Positions 26,882 through 39,100 of a stretch of 64,000 nucleotides of DNA are shown piece after piece (position 1 is the first letter of the stretch; every line of letters begins with the position of its first letter). Source of the DNA: Octopus vulgaris (Eukaryota); contig OX597815.1 of the NCBI GenBank assembly GCA_951406725.2, forward strand, positions 78,368,001 through 78,432,000, in the 5' to 3' direction. The notes beneath the pieces are model-generated. The model was not told the DNA's origin. It saw nothing but the letters and a program-made list of their open reading frames with translations, and made no database searches. Position numbers and translations under genes: made by a program.

Positions 26882-27891
26882 ATAAAAGACGGCGAGCTGG
26901 CAGAAACGTTAGCAAACCTGGCGAAATGCTTAGCGGTATCTCGTCTGCGTTACGTTGTGAGTTCGAATTCCGCCGAGGTCGACTTTGCCTTTCATTCTTT
27001 CGGGGTCGATAAATTAAGTACCAGTTACGCACTGGGGTCGATGTAATCGACTTAATACCTATGTCTGTCCTTGTTTGTCCCCTCTGTGTTTAGCCCCTTG
27101 TGGGTAATAAAGAAATAGGTATCTCGTCTGTCGTTACGTTCTGAGTTCAAATTCCGCCGAGGTCGACTTTGCGTTTCATCCTTTCGGGGTCGATTAAATA
27201 AGTACCAGTTACGCACTGGGGTCGATATAATCGACTTGATCCATTTGTCTGTCCTTGTTTGTCCTCTCTGTGTTTAGCCCCTTGTGGGTAGTAAAGAAAT
27301 AGGTATTTCGTCTGTCGTTATCGACTTTGTCTTTCATCCTTTCGAGGTTGATAAATTTAGTTCCAGTGAAACACTGGGGTCGATGTAATCGACTAGTCCC
27401 TTCTCCCAAAATTTCAGGCTTTGTGCTTTTAGTAGAAAGGATTATTGACGAGACTAAAGATAATTAGTTTTTTCTTTAGTCAATCCTTGATCAACTTCTT
27501 GAAGTTTCACTTGAAGAGGAAAATAAGGATAGAGAAGGAAGTGTTGCCTTCGAGCCAGTTTGCTGAAAGGTGGATGAAAGTGGCGAGAATAATACGAATG
27601 AACGGGCCTGCCCTGAGCATACGCCTGTAATGGAGAAAAGGAGAGGAGAAAAGACACCTGTCCCAAAAGTCAAAGCACCCATGGTTTTATGGGGGTTTTC
27701 TATGGGCAGCTCTCGAATGTTTCCTCCCTATTGAGGATAATACATTGTTGAATTTTTTTCCCCATTATGATAATCTTGTTTACACGGAAAACCCACGCAA
27801 CACACTCTCACCATATATACATGCACACACACATTCTTTGTTTTGTCCTGTACTGTCCATAATGTTTTTATTAATGCAAACCATTTATGGC

Positions 27892-27943
<52 letters not shown>

Positions 27944-28750
27944 TAGGTGGCGAGCTTGCAAAATTGTTAGCGCGCTGGACGAAATGCTTAGCGGTATTTC
28001 GCCCGTCGCTACGTCCTGAGTTCTACTTTCGCCGAGGTCGACTTTGTCTTTCATCCTTTCGGTATTGATGAAATAAGTATCAGTCGGGGGTTGATGTAAT
28101 CGACTCGTCCCCTCCCAAAAAATTTCAGGCCTTGTGTCTTTAGTAGAAAGGATTATTATTAGCATTATTATAAAAGACGGCGAGCTGGCAGAAACGTTAG
28201 CAAATCTGGCGAAATGCTTAGCGGTATCTCGTCTGTCGTTACGTTCTGAGTTCAAATTCCGCCGAGGTCGACTTTGCCTTTCATCCTTTCGGGGTCGATT
28301 AAATAAGTACCAGTTACGCACTGGGATCGATATAATCGACTTGATCCGTTTGTCTGTCCTTGTTTGTCCTCTCTGTGTTTAGCCCCTTGTGGGTAGTAAA
28401 GAAATAGGTATTTCGTCTGTCGTTACGTTCTGAGTTCAAATTCCGTCGCGGTCGACTTTGCGTTTCATCCCTTGTGTATTGGGATCGATCTACTCGACTG
28501 ACCCCCTCCCTCAAAATTTCAGGGCTTGTGCTTATAGTAGAAAGGATTAGTTAGTATAAAGGATTAGGTAGCAGAATAGTTAGCACACCGGGCAAAATGC
28601 TTAGCGGCATTTCGTCCATCATTACGTTCTGACTTTGCCTTTCGTCCTTTCTGGGTCGATAAAATATGTACCAGCTGAACACTGGAGTCAATGTAATCGA
28701 CTCATCCCCTCTCCGCAAAAATTGGTGCCCTTGTGGTAAAGTTTGAAACT
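26608..28750 (+). mobile_element. Head-to-tail cluster of Meta-domain-like tRNA SINEs separated by (ATT)n/(ACT)n tails
   Basis: Repeated GGCGAGCTGGCAGAA..GAGTTCAAATTCCGCCGAGGTCGACTTTGCCTTTCATCCTTTCGGGGTCGAT..AGTAGAAAGG(ATT)n; copies start near 26608, 26890, 27946, 28179, 28567. Others at ~29360, 31060(-), 35935, 37450, 59040-59460, 60375(-). Confidence 0.85.
27445..27880 (+). mobile_element. Extreme 3' fragment of the L1/Tx1 family
   Basis: FHLKRKIRIEKEVLPSSQFAERWMKVARI aligns with FHLKRKVKVKREVLPPSKFIKRWVTMAKM at ~7850-7935. Confidence 0.75.
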
Positions 28751-28752
28751 AT

Positions 28753-28804
<52 letters not shown>

Positions 28805-28806
28805 GC

Positions 28807-28860
<54 letters not shown>

Positions 28861-29932
28861 TAATAATCCGAAAATAACAAACCTAATTAAACAAGAGATG
28901 TTTAATCCATTCTGAAATTACAACGGCAACGAAAAGACAAATTATTAGCATTAGTGATAATTCTTGTCATTAAAGACAAGGGAGGTAACTCTGAAATGCC
29001 TACTGATTAAAAACTGAATGGAGAAATGCTGTGAAGAATGAGTTTCTAATGTATGTCACTATGAGCCCAGGAACAAGGTGTGCAAGAGATGCAAGCGCAC
29101 CTCCTAAAAGTTTTGGGCGTGGTTTGGGCAAAATCAAAATTTGCAACTCTACTCACTTTTCTCAGGTTTAGAAAACTGCGTAAAAAGTAATCTGTAAAAA
29201 ATAGCTTGAAGTTAGGTTTCTTCTTAAAGAACAAAACAAATAAGACCTTGCTTGTAAAAACATTTGGACCTGGGTTTGTACCCCCTAAGCAAATCTCGTT
29301 CCCGAGCCAGTGCATGTCACAATTCAATTTACATTCATTATGTGAATTTCTAAGGCAGCGAGCAGGCAGATTCCTCACTGTGTCGGACAAAATACTTAAC
29401 AGAATTTCTTCCTGCTATTTACCCCTTGAGTTCAATCTTCGCCGAAGTTGACTTAGCCTTTTGTCCTTTCAGAGTTGCTAAAATAAAGTTCCAGTTGATC
29501 ACCAGAGACGATGTAATTGACTTGTCCACTTTTCTTAATTTGCTGGCTTTATGTCAAAATCTGAAACCGTTGTATGGATTTCTGAACTGCCTGCATTGCC
29601 GTTCATTATAAAACTTTTCCTTTCTTTACAAAAATTTTCCTTAAACCAATTTTATTTTATTACGGCTATTATTTTAATATTTAGGTGGGGGTAGTATCAG
29701 TATATTAACGTAGAATAATGTACAAAAGTAGACGTCACACTTTAACAAAATAACAGAGGGAAATTTCCCAAAGAGAGAGGGAGATTAATATACGAAAAAA
29801 TTAGAGATGATCTGCATTGCCTATTAGTAAGTTCCAAAGTTTATGTGATTTAACTTCCAATTAACTCTATGTTCTTCATGCAGAGAGCATCCCTGAGAAT
29901 TTCTCAATGTCTTAATTATTGCAGATTTGTTA

Positions 29933-30018
<86 letters not shown>

Positions 30019-30058
30019 AGACAGATAGATAGACAGACAGATAGATAGAGAGAGAGAG

Positions 30059-30203
<145 letters not shown>

Positions 30204-31999
30204 GGATGCGTATATGCGTGTGTGCGTATGCGTGTTTGTGTTTCTTAGGTACTAAATGTGTCTCTTTCAGCAACTTATGAAAACGGATGCTGCAGCAGTA
30301 TCTGAGCCCTTTGTCTGAAGTAAAATTGAAGAAACTTAACAAACAATGTATTTTATCAGAACACTAACAGCACAGTATATCAGTGAGGTGATATATTACA
30401 TCATACAGCTGGACGGTTTAAGTCACCATTAAACTGTATATGGTGACCAAACACTCAAAGATACACTCCTAACAAAAGCAAACTCAAGTGGACACTTGAT
30501 CTCCAACACTGGACAATTGAAGAGTAGCAATAAACCATCTGTTCCAATGAAATGTTACTCCTTAACTGGAACTTGTTGAACATAGCGCACGATCGACATA
30601 CTGGTGACTGTTGTTTGTAATTAATAATAGTTTTATTGTTATACATCATTATCATCCTACTCGTCAACATCTCCCACTAGGTCTGTCTCAAGTTCTAGGA
30701 TTCATAAAGCCGGTTACCCGATTTCAATGGCGTATAAGAGAGTGAGATCACAACACTCCCCCGGAACGAGACGTCAGTCCGTCGCAGGGTTACTCATTTG
30801 CAGCTGATTCGATTGGAACAACGGGAAATTAAGTTTTTTGCTCAAAAAACACAATACACCACCCGGTCCGGAAATCGAAATAACGATCTTGCCATCTTGA
30901 GCTCAACCCCTTAACCACGAGCCTCCAAGATAAAGGCTATCTATTGACAACTTTTTTCCATTTTATAAGGGTAATAATACCCAATCTTTCTGCTGTTTTC
31001 ACGGCTATTCTGCGTTCGAAATATTACCGTCTTGCCTGTACAATATATATACATAGTATTTCAAATTTTGACACAAGGCCAGCAATTTCGGGGAAGCGAG
31101 TAAGTTAATTACATCAACCTCAATGCTCAGTTGGTACTTATTTTACCGACCCTGAAATGATAAAATGTAAAGTAGACCTCGGCGGAATTTGAGCTCAGAA
31201 CGTATAGACAGACGAAATGTCGCTAAGCATTTTCCCAAGAGTGCTAACGATTCTGCCCACTGGCTACTTTGTATTATGTTATATATTGTTAGATATATAT
31301 ATGCAAGGGACGGGAGACCTTTTGAGGATCGAATCAGAAGTGCTGGCCTAACTGTCCAGCATTCTCTTGAGTTTATATCATAAAATTGCTGGTCTTGGGC
31401 CAAAATTTGAAACACATACACACAAACACACACACATACACACACACACACACATACACACACACACATGTATATATTGTACAGACAAGATGGTAATATA
31501 TCATGTCCGGTTACAAATAAACTTTGCTTTCATATCTCCAGAGATCAAGTCAATAGGTTATAAAGCATGTCCTGAGATTGATCTAATAAACAACGTCCTT
31601 CACATGCAGATATAAGGTCTTGTATAAATGCTAGGAATCGTTTTTAGTGTTGCCATTGCTTTTGTTATTGTTGCCATAGCACTTGCTGTTGTTATGATTG
31701 TTGTTGTTGCTCATGTTGATGATGTTGCTGAGGACGATGTCGTTGTTGTTTAGCTCATGGTCAGCCTTACTCCAGTAAACCTATTATAAAGTGTCATGAT
31801 TATGATCATACCGACTTTTATTTTCAGATATAATGTATCTAGAATTACGTTATCCAACATTGAAGTATGGCAGGACGGATATTCGGCTGCTATTTCTAAC
31901 AGGTGAAATGACTATCTAAAATTCTGAAGGCTAAGTTTTCTTAGCTCGAATGTCATTATTGCAGAGGCAAGATCCTATAGCACTCTAGTTTAAATTTCT

Positions 32000-32082
<83 letters not shown>

Positions 32083-32850
32083 GCTCTCTCTCTCTGACAC
32101 ACACACACATTGATATTCTGAACAAACGAGCTCCACTTAGGCCAATTCAACACATTTCTTCTTTTTCTCACTATCCACAGAGTATCTCACCCATCACTAC
32201 TATATGTTCTCAGAACAAACACCTTTCCTGATGCCTCTCGATGTTTTCTATAAACATTCTATTTAGTACGAGGTCTGATCAATAAGTATCCGGACTGTTA
32301 CCAGAGTAACGAAGCTAAAGCATGCAGAGAGAAGACCTTGACCCTTATTGTGCATGTGCACTAAGTTTTAACGTTCTAGCTCACTTGTGCTGTTTAAAGC
32401 AGTGCTTCGAATTAATGTGTATAACGTGTGATCGTCGCATTGACCATGACAGAGAAAGTTATCATGGTGACACCTGCTCAGAGGCCTACGCAAAGTTGCA
32501 GAAAGTGTATGGTGGTGAGTGTATGAGTTGCAAACAAGTGTACGAGTGGTTCAGACATTTCGAAGATAGCCGAAAAATGTCGATAGTGACGAACGTTCAG
32601 GAAGATCCGCAACTAGCAGAACTGAGAAAAACATCGCGGATGTACGTGCAGCTGTGAGAGGAAATCGTCCAATCACCATCCGTGAGTTATCAAAGGATGT
32701 GCAGATTAGTTATGGTCAGAACCGTCGCTCACGGGCCTCCGCATTTGAGGGGCCCCATGTTGAGATTAAAGTACATAGATGAGCCATCTATTTACTTTGA
32801 TTAAAATGTTAACTGAAAATTTCAAGCCAGACGAGAAAAAAAATACGAGA

Positions 32851-33883
32851 GTATAACTTTGTTAAGCTATACGCAAACAAACTAGTGGAGACGAGAATAC
32901 ATGTATCAGATAGATACATGACGGAGGTCTCTTGCCGACGCCGGAATCACACTGACTTCTGCTCCTGTGTCGATTAGGAACCTGCGTCCGGAGCTCCGAT
33001 CACAAACATAGAGGAGCATTTGATCATGTGTGCTGGCATTCAATGGCAGCCGGCCCTGGTGTTTCCCTGGGTCACTGGTGAAGGGGTCCCGAAGCTACAT
33101 GGTTGTTTGCACTTTGTCGCCTTTTTCCCGAACTTTACGTGGTAGAAGCACAGGTCATCTTGCCGCAGGTCCTTGATTTCGGTCTGAGTTATGAGGGCCT
33201 GGACCTGGGGTGGCAGCTTGCGGAGGAATATTTCCCTAAACAAAAAGGAAGGTGACCTACTGGGAAGGGAGACTAATGCCAACATCTTGTCCATCAGTTC
33301 CGAAGGTTTAGAATCGCCTAATTTCTCCTCCAGTATCTTGGCTGCCGTTTCTCTTTCACTGAGTTAGAATGTATCCAGTAGCCTGTTTTTCAATATGGCG
33401 TATTTGTGCTTTGGTGGAGTTTGTGTCAAAATGTCTAGCACCCTCTTGCCGTATCTTCATCTAGTGCCGCCACAAAGTACGAGTATTTCGTTTGGTCTGC
33501 CGTTAACTTGTTTATACTGAATTGGGCTTCTACTTGCGCGAACCACAGTTCAGCCTTCTCAGGCCAGAATTGTGATAGCCTCAGTGTTATTTTGTTGCTT
33601 GCCATGTTTGTTTCAATAGCGAGAGCTGTTGTTCTATCGTCGTGGTCACCAGTTATAGCTTTGTTAAGCTACACGCAAACAAACTAGTGGTGACGAGAAT
33701 ACATTTAACAAAGGTTTATTACTTTACGTACATCAGGGCTTTAGTCGCCAGCTATTTCTGTTTAGTTCATTCAGATTCGTTTAACACTAACTGCTGACAT
33801 TCTTTTGTTCTTCTTCTCCCACCGGAAGTCCCTTTCTCTGCTGACCAACTTCCTAGCTAGCCCGCAGCAAAGTCCCCTCTACA
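32851..33883 (-). mobile_element. Internally deleted Gypsy LTR retrotransposon, CsRn1-like clade
   Basis: 5' LTR 33652-33883 (starts TGTAG, contains AATAAA); tRNA-Trp-like PBS TGGTGACCACGACG (33638-33651); gag 33605-33040; protease FLIDTGAEVSVIP in the -1 frame; ~50-bp 3' LTR remnant at 32851-32902. Confidence 0.88.
33040..33605 (-). pseudogene. gag: gag (disrupted) with CHCC zinc knuckle
   Basis: MASNKITLRLSQFWPEKAELWFAQVEAQF..TKYSYFVAALD..LGDSKPSELMDKM..CFYHVKFGKKATKCKQPC (C-X2-H-X9-C-X3-C); one frameshift and one stop. Confidence 0.85.
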
Positions 33884-34218
33884 GTTCGTCTTTCATGAAT
33901 CCTGCCCTACAAGGGTGTACCATAAATAAATTCAAAAGAAACGAGAAAAGTAAATGAAAAAAGTTTGTCAACGTATTCCCTAGGGAGATAAAAGGAAAAC
34001 GAAAGAAACTGAAAATAATGAAAATAAGAACAACTTCAACAGAAAAGACAAGTAAAAAACAGCAATGGCGATGAAACTGGGAGAATGTATACTTATACAT
34101 ACAAACATACACACTGGGACATACGTACACACATTCATATATACATACACACACACATTAAGACGACTAGCTTTTATCTGTTTCTGTCTACCAAATCCAT
34201 TCACAAGGCTTTGGCCAG

Positions 34219-34259
<41 letters not shown>

Positions 34260-34330
34260 ATAGATAGAGAGACGTGTACCAAACACACACACGTCTCTTA
34301 GTCTCTCTGTCTCATTCTCTTTCTCTCTAC

Positions 34331-34366
<36 letters not shown>

Positions 34367-34417
34367 ATCTATCTATATATCTATCTATATATATATATAT
34401 ATATATATATATCATAT

Positions 34418-34481
<64 letters not shown>

Positions 34482-34583
34482 GCGTTGTTATTTGACATTG
34501 TTGAAAAGCCGGTCACCTTGTACCAAGAACAGCTGCCTTTGACTTCCAAAGGCAATAAAAAGAAGTTTGTGTGTGTGTATCTG

Positions 34584-34699
<116 letters not shown>

Positions 34700-36879
34700 C
34701 ATATATAGGGATACATATATTGTTTTCTCTCTGTCACCAAGCATCTAAATTCTTCAGTTGTAACTAGTTTGTGATTGAGTTATTTTATTTTGTAAGGTAC
34801 TATTTGCCCTTGAATTTCTGATTTCAGAGAAAAGTAAGAAATTCTTCATATTTTGCATCTTTGGTATTTTGACTTTACAGTTTTAATTGTAGTATAGTCT
34901 ATCCAATCGAAATATTGCAATGGCTAACAGAGAAATATAGAATTTAAAAAAAGGCCTTTTCTCCTGGTATCAAATCTTTGAGAACATTCACGGTAATTTT
35001 TCAAAAATATATAATTTGAAATAATTTACTTTTGTTTTGGACTGAAATTTTTTTATATTTTAATGTTCTTGAATAAACTCCTTCGCATACAAAAGCTGAA
35101 GCAACCATACTTCACAGTTGTTATTTTGAAATGTTTGTCTTCTGATATTTGTGAGTCCTATTAAATATTGGCCTTCCTAAATATGAAATAATACGATAGT
35201 TCCAGCCCTAAATAAATTTAACTTATTGTACTTTTAAAGATGTTCTTTACGATAATGTGAAATATTGAACTTCAGATAGAATAAAATAAAATATAACTAT
35301 GAATAAAAGGTGCGTAGATTATCAACTTTGATTGAAGCAATGAGGACTTGAAACAAAAAGTTACTGAGGGCCTCTAAAAGTCATGCGACGGTCCTGGTCA
35401 TGGTTTAGTTCAGTCCATTATCACTGAAGATTTGGGTGTGAGACGCGTGTCTACTAGGTTTGTGCCAAAACTGCTTTCAGCTGACCAAAAAGATATTCGG
35501 GTTTCAGTTGCACAAGATCTCCTCGATTGTGTCGAGAACGATGAAAACCTTTTGAAATCTTTGCGTAGGCCTCTTAGCAGGCATCACCAAGCTTTTGGCA
35601 ACTTTCTCTATCATGGTCAATGTGACGATCATACCCTATAAACGTTACTTCCAAGCTCTGCTTAAACAGCGGGAGCGAGCTAGATCGTTAAAACTTAGTG
35701 CGCATGCACAGCAGAGTTCAAGGTCAATTTGTGCCAAGCGGCTTCACTCCGCGTGCTTAGCTTCGTTACTATGGCAACAGTCCGGATACCTATTGATCAA
35801 ACTTCTATGTTATAAAGGAAAGCTTTATATTATGCAGAATGTATGAAACAAGGTTAACTAAAAGTCTAAAAACAATGCTTTGGATAAACAATGGAGCAAA
35901 CTCACTTTCATTATTTCTGATGCTCTTATAAAGCGGGTAGCTGGTAGAATCGTTAATACACCGGACAAAATGCTTAGCAGCATTTCGTCCGTTTTTACGT
36001 TCTGTGTTCAATTACTGCCAATGTCAATTATAGCTTTCGTCCCTTTTGGGGACGATAAAATAAATAAAATAAATACCAGTCGAACACTGGGGTCGATGTT
36101 ATCAATTAGCCCCCTTCCGAAAATTATAGGCTTTGTGCCTATAGTAGAAAGGATTATTTCTTATGCTGAAAAACATTGGAAATAATCGAACTCACACGAA
36201 CTACTATCCTTATAAACCATATTACTAATTAATTAGATTCTAAATCCATCCAGTTTCACACATACTTCTATCTGTTTAATTGATATTAACGCTTGGCTGA
36301 TGTTCAGTCACATTTTTTAATATCATTTTTAGTCGAGAAAGCATTGTCAATTGCACTTCATAGAGCGTCTAAGACTGTTTGGTGAAATGTCTCCCTAAAC
36401 CGGAAAGCTGACCAGAATGGTTACAACAGAGTAGACTCTGCTAAAGGCAGCCATGGGACCGTATGAAGGATTTAGTTTACTATCTAAGGGGTCCATAACT
36501 TTGACTCGAACTCAGAACGTTAAGTGCAGAAACAAATACCGCAGGCAAACAGTCCTATGTTCTAACAGTTCCGCGAAACTAACCCACGTGAAATCATACT
36601 ATTTTTTATCGATCCCGAAACGATAAAAGGTTACAATGTTACGACAGCAGGATTTAAGTTCGAAGCAAATACTGCGAAGCATTCTGTCCGACATTCTGAT
36701 GACTCTGCCTCATGAAATACAGATGTAGAATGATCTTCAACGAGTTTCTTACATCAGACATAGCGATGAAATTACAAAAGCTGTTTACTATTTATGTAGG
36801 GAAATCTTTACGTCGTCACTCGACCTGCAAGAAATAATGGCCGAATCTCATTGAAATCATTATTTAACATCAGTTCCTT

Positions 36880-37130
36880 GTACCGCGTTGTGCTATTGAG
36901 CAGGACACTTTATTTCACGTTGCTCCGGTCTACTCAGCTGGCAAAAAAAGTGTATTACCTGTATTTCAAAGGGCCAGCCTTGTCACAATTTGAATCATGC
37001 TGAATCTCCCTGAGAACTACCCTAAGGGTACACGTGTTTGAGGAATGCTCAGCCACTTGCACGTTAATTTCACGAGCAGGCTGTTCCGTTGATCGGATTA
37101 ACTGGAACCCTCATTGTCGTAACTGATGGA
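36880..37130 (+). mobile_element. Deu/Nin-domain-like SINE body
   Basis: ttgagcaggacactttatttcacgttgctcc (post-tRNA segment) followed by gaatgctcagccacttgcacgttaatttcacgagcagg; domain name is from recall. Confidence 0.5.
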
Positions 37131-38302
37131 CAGCAGACATGAAAGTAATATTTCGAACGTAGTATAACCATGAAAACTGCAGAAAGATTGGGTATTTTTC
37201 CCAAAGCTATAATATTGAGTGTTTAATTTGTCAGCGGGCTTTTTAGCTTAATGTCTTATAAGGGCAAAATTCTCAATTCTTCTGCAGTTTTCATAGATAT
37301 ACTGCGTTCAAAATATTACTTTTTCGTAAAATACGAAACATGTTTGACGCTTCCAAAGTTTGTTTACAATATATATATATATATATATATAAACGCATTG
37401 TTGAGAGGATCTATAATCCTGGATAAAATGATGTTTCTAAATCAGCTGGAGGCAGCGAGCTTGCGGAATCGTTTAACTCATCGGACAAAATGATTCGCAG
37501 CATTTTTTTCGTTCTGTGTTCGAATCTTGTCACGATCATCATTAACTCTGTTTATCACCCATTTAGAAGTCAAGTACTAGAATTAACCGACCTACCCCTT
37601 CCCTCAATATTCTTAGCCTCGAACCCTATGACGGACCGACGTCCCGTTCATGGTGAGGGGTAGTGTTGTGATCTCGGTCACTTGCACGCCATGGAAACTG
37701 AGTAACCGGCCTTGTGTGTCCTGGTGCTCGAAGAAAAAAAAAATCACCTAGGTTGGGCATAAATGGAACGTTTTTGGTCTAGCAATCAGCTCTGACCTTG
37801 CATTATAAACAACGACAGCTAAATCTCATCGCTTTATCACTGGAAATGCTATTTTTACATTCGGTTCGCACATCCATTTGAAATAAGCGATAGTTAAGAA
37901 GGAAGATAGAAGATAGAGCAAAACTAAATAAATGGTAAAGTGAACCATATTTCTGACAACTTATATACATCAAACGATTTATAGAAGGAGGAGAGGGGGC
38001 AACATAGATGGGCTTGTAATCTTCATTTAACTAATTAAGATAAGGTTAGCGTGCTTAGATAACAGTCGACGACAGCCGGGAAGATATGTATGTATGCATG
38101 CATATGTGGATGTATGTGTGTATAAAATATGTGCGTATGTATGTATGCATGTATGTATGTATGTATGTATGTATGTATGCATGTATGTATATACATACAT
38201 ATATATACATATATATACATATATACACAGACACACACACACATATATGTATATATATAGAGAGAGCGAGAGAGAGGGAGGGAGAGGTGAGTGTGTATGG
38301 TG

Positions 38303-38356
<54 letters not shown>

Positions 38357-38372
38357 TTATGTATGTGTACAT

Positions 38373-38415
<43 letters not shown>

Positions 38416-38770
38416 GTGTGTGTGTGTGTGTGTGTGTGTCTTTGTGTGTACTGTACGTACGTACAGACAAGAAGTTCAAAACTACTCAGTACCGAAGGGC
38501 AAGAGATTTTTTTATGATTATTGCAGCTGGTATCGCACATCTAACACACACACACTCACATATATATATATATTACATATATAAATTTATATACGTGTGT
38601 GTGTTTGTGTGTGTGTGCGTGTACGTGTGCATGTACGTGTGCGTGTACGTGTGCGTGTGTGTGCGTGTATTTGTCTGTGTCTGTGTAGGTAGATAGATAG
38701 ATAGATAGATAGATAGATGCATACATACATACATACATACATACATGCATACATATGTAGTGATCCTATA

Positions 38771-39100
38771 ACGGTGCGCGCGCGCGCACCGTCCATTTTC
38801 TATTTCGCGCGTGCGAGTGTTGGTGCCTTCACCAAGGCACAGAAAGGAAGGGCCCTCTCGCGCATGCGCGAACCACCGGAAGCACGACCCTTTTGCCTAC
38901 GTGGTAGTTAGCCAAGGCAAGGGGGTCGTAGAACGTTTGACCGCTAGCAGCAGCAGCCAACGACTTGGGACAGCGGCGACCGAAGGCGACGGACGTGTAT
39001 TTTCTCGCTGTCCAGCTTTGATAGCAGTCGGCCGAAGGTTTTTAACCAAATTGTTGCAGACCAACATCGTCTCCATTGTTCGACGCCATCTTTGACCAGT
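38771..39100 (+). promoter_or_regulatory. CpG-rich candidate promoter / structured 5' region
   Basis: NRF1-like palindrome TCGCGCATGCGCGA 38858-38871, ETS-like CCGGAAG 38876-38882, YY1-like CGCCATCTT 39084-39092; high CpG density in an AT-rich background. Strand is inferred. Confidence 0.6.

Noticed and set aside
39042-39089. Minus-strand AAGATGGCG start giving MASNNGDDVGLQQFG*
   Set aside because: Stops after 15 codons and has only a weak donor (GTTAAA); better explained as a YY1-like motif.
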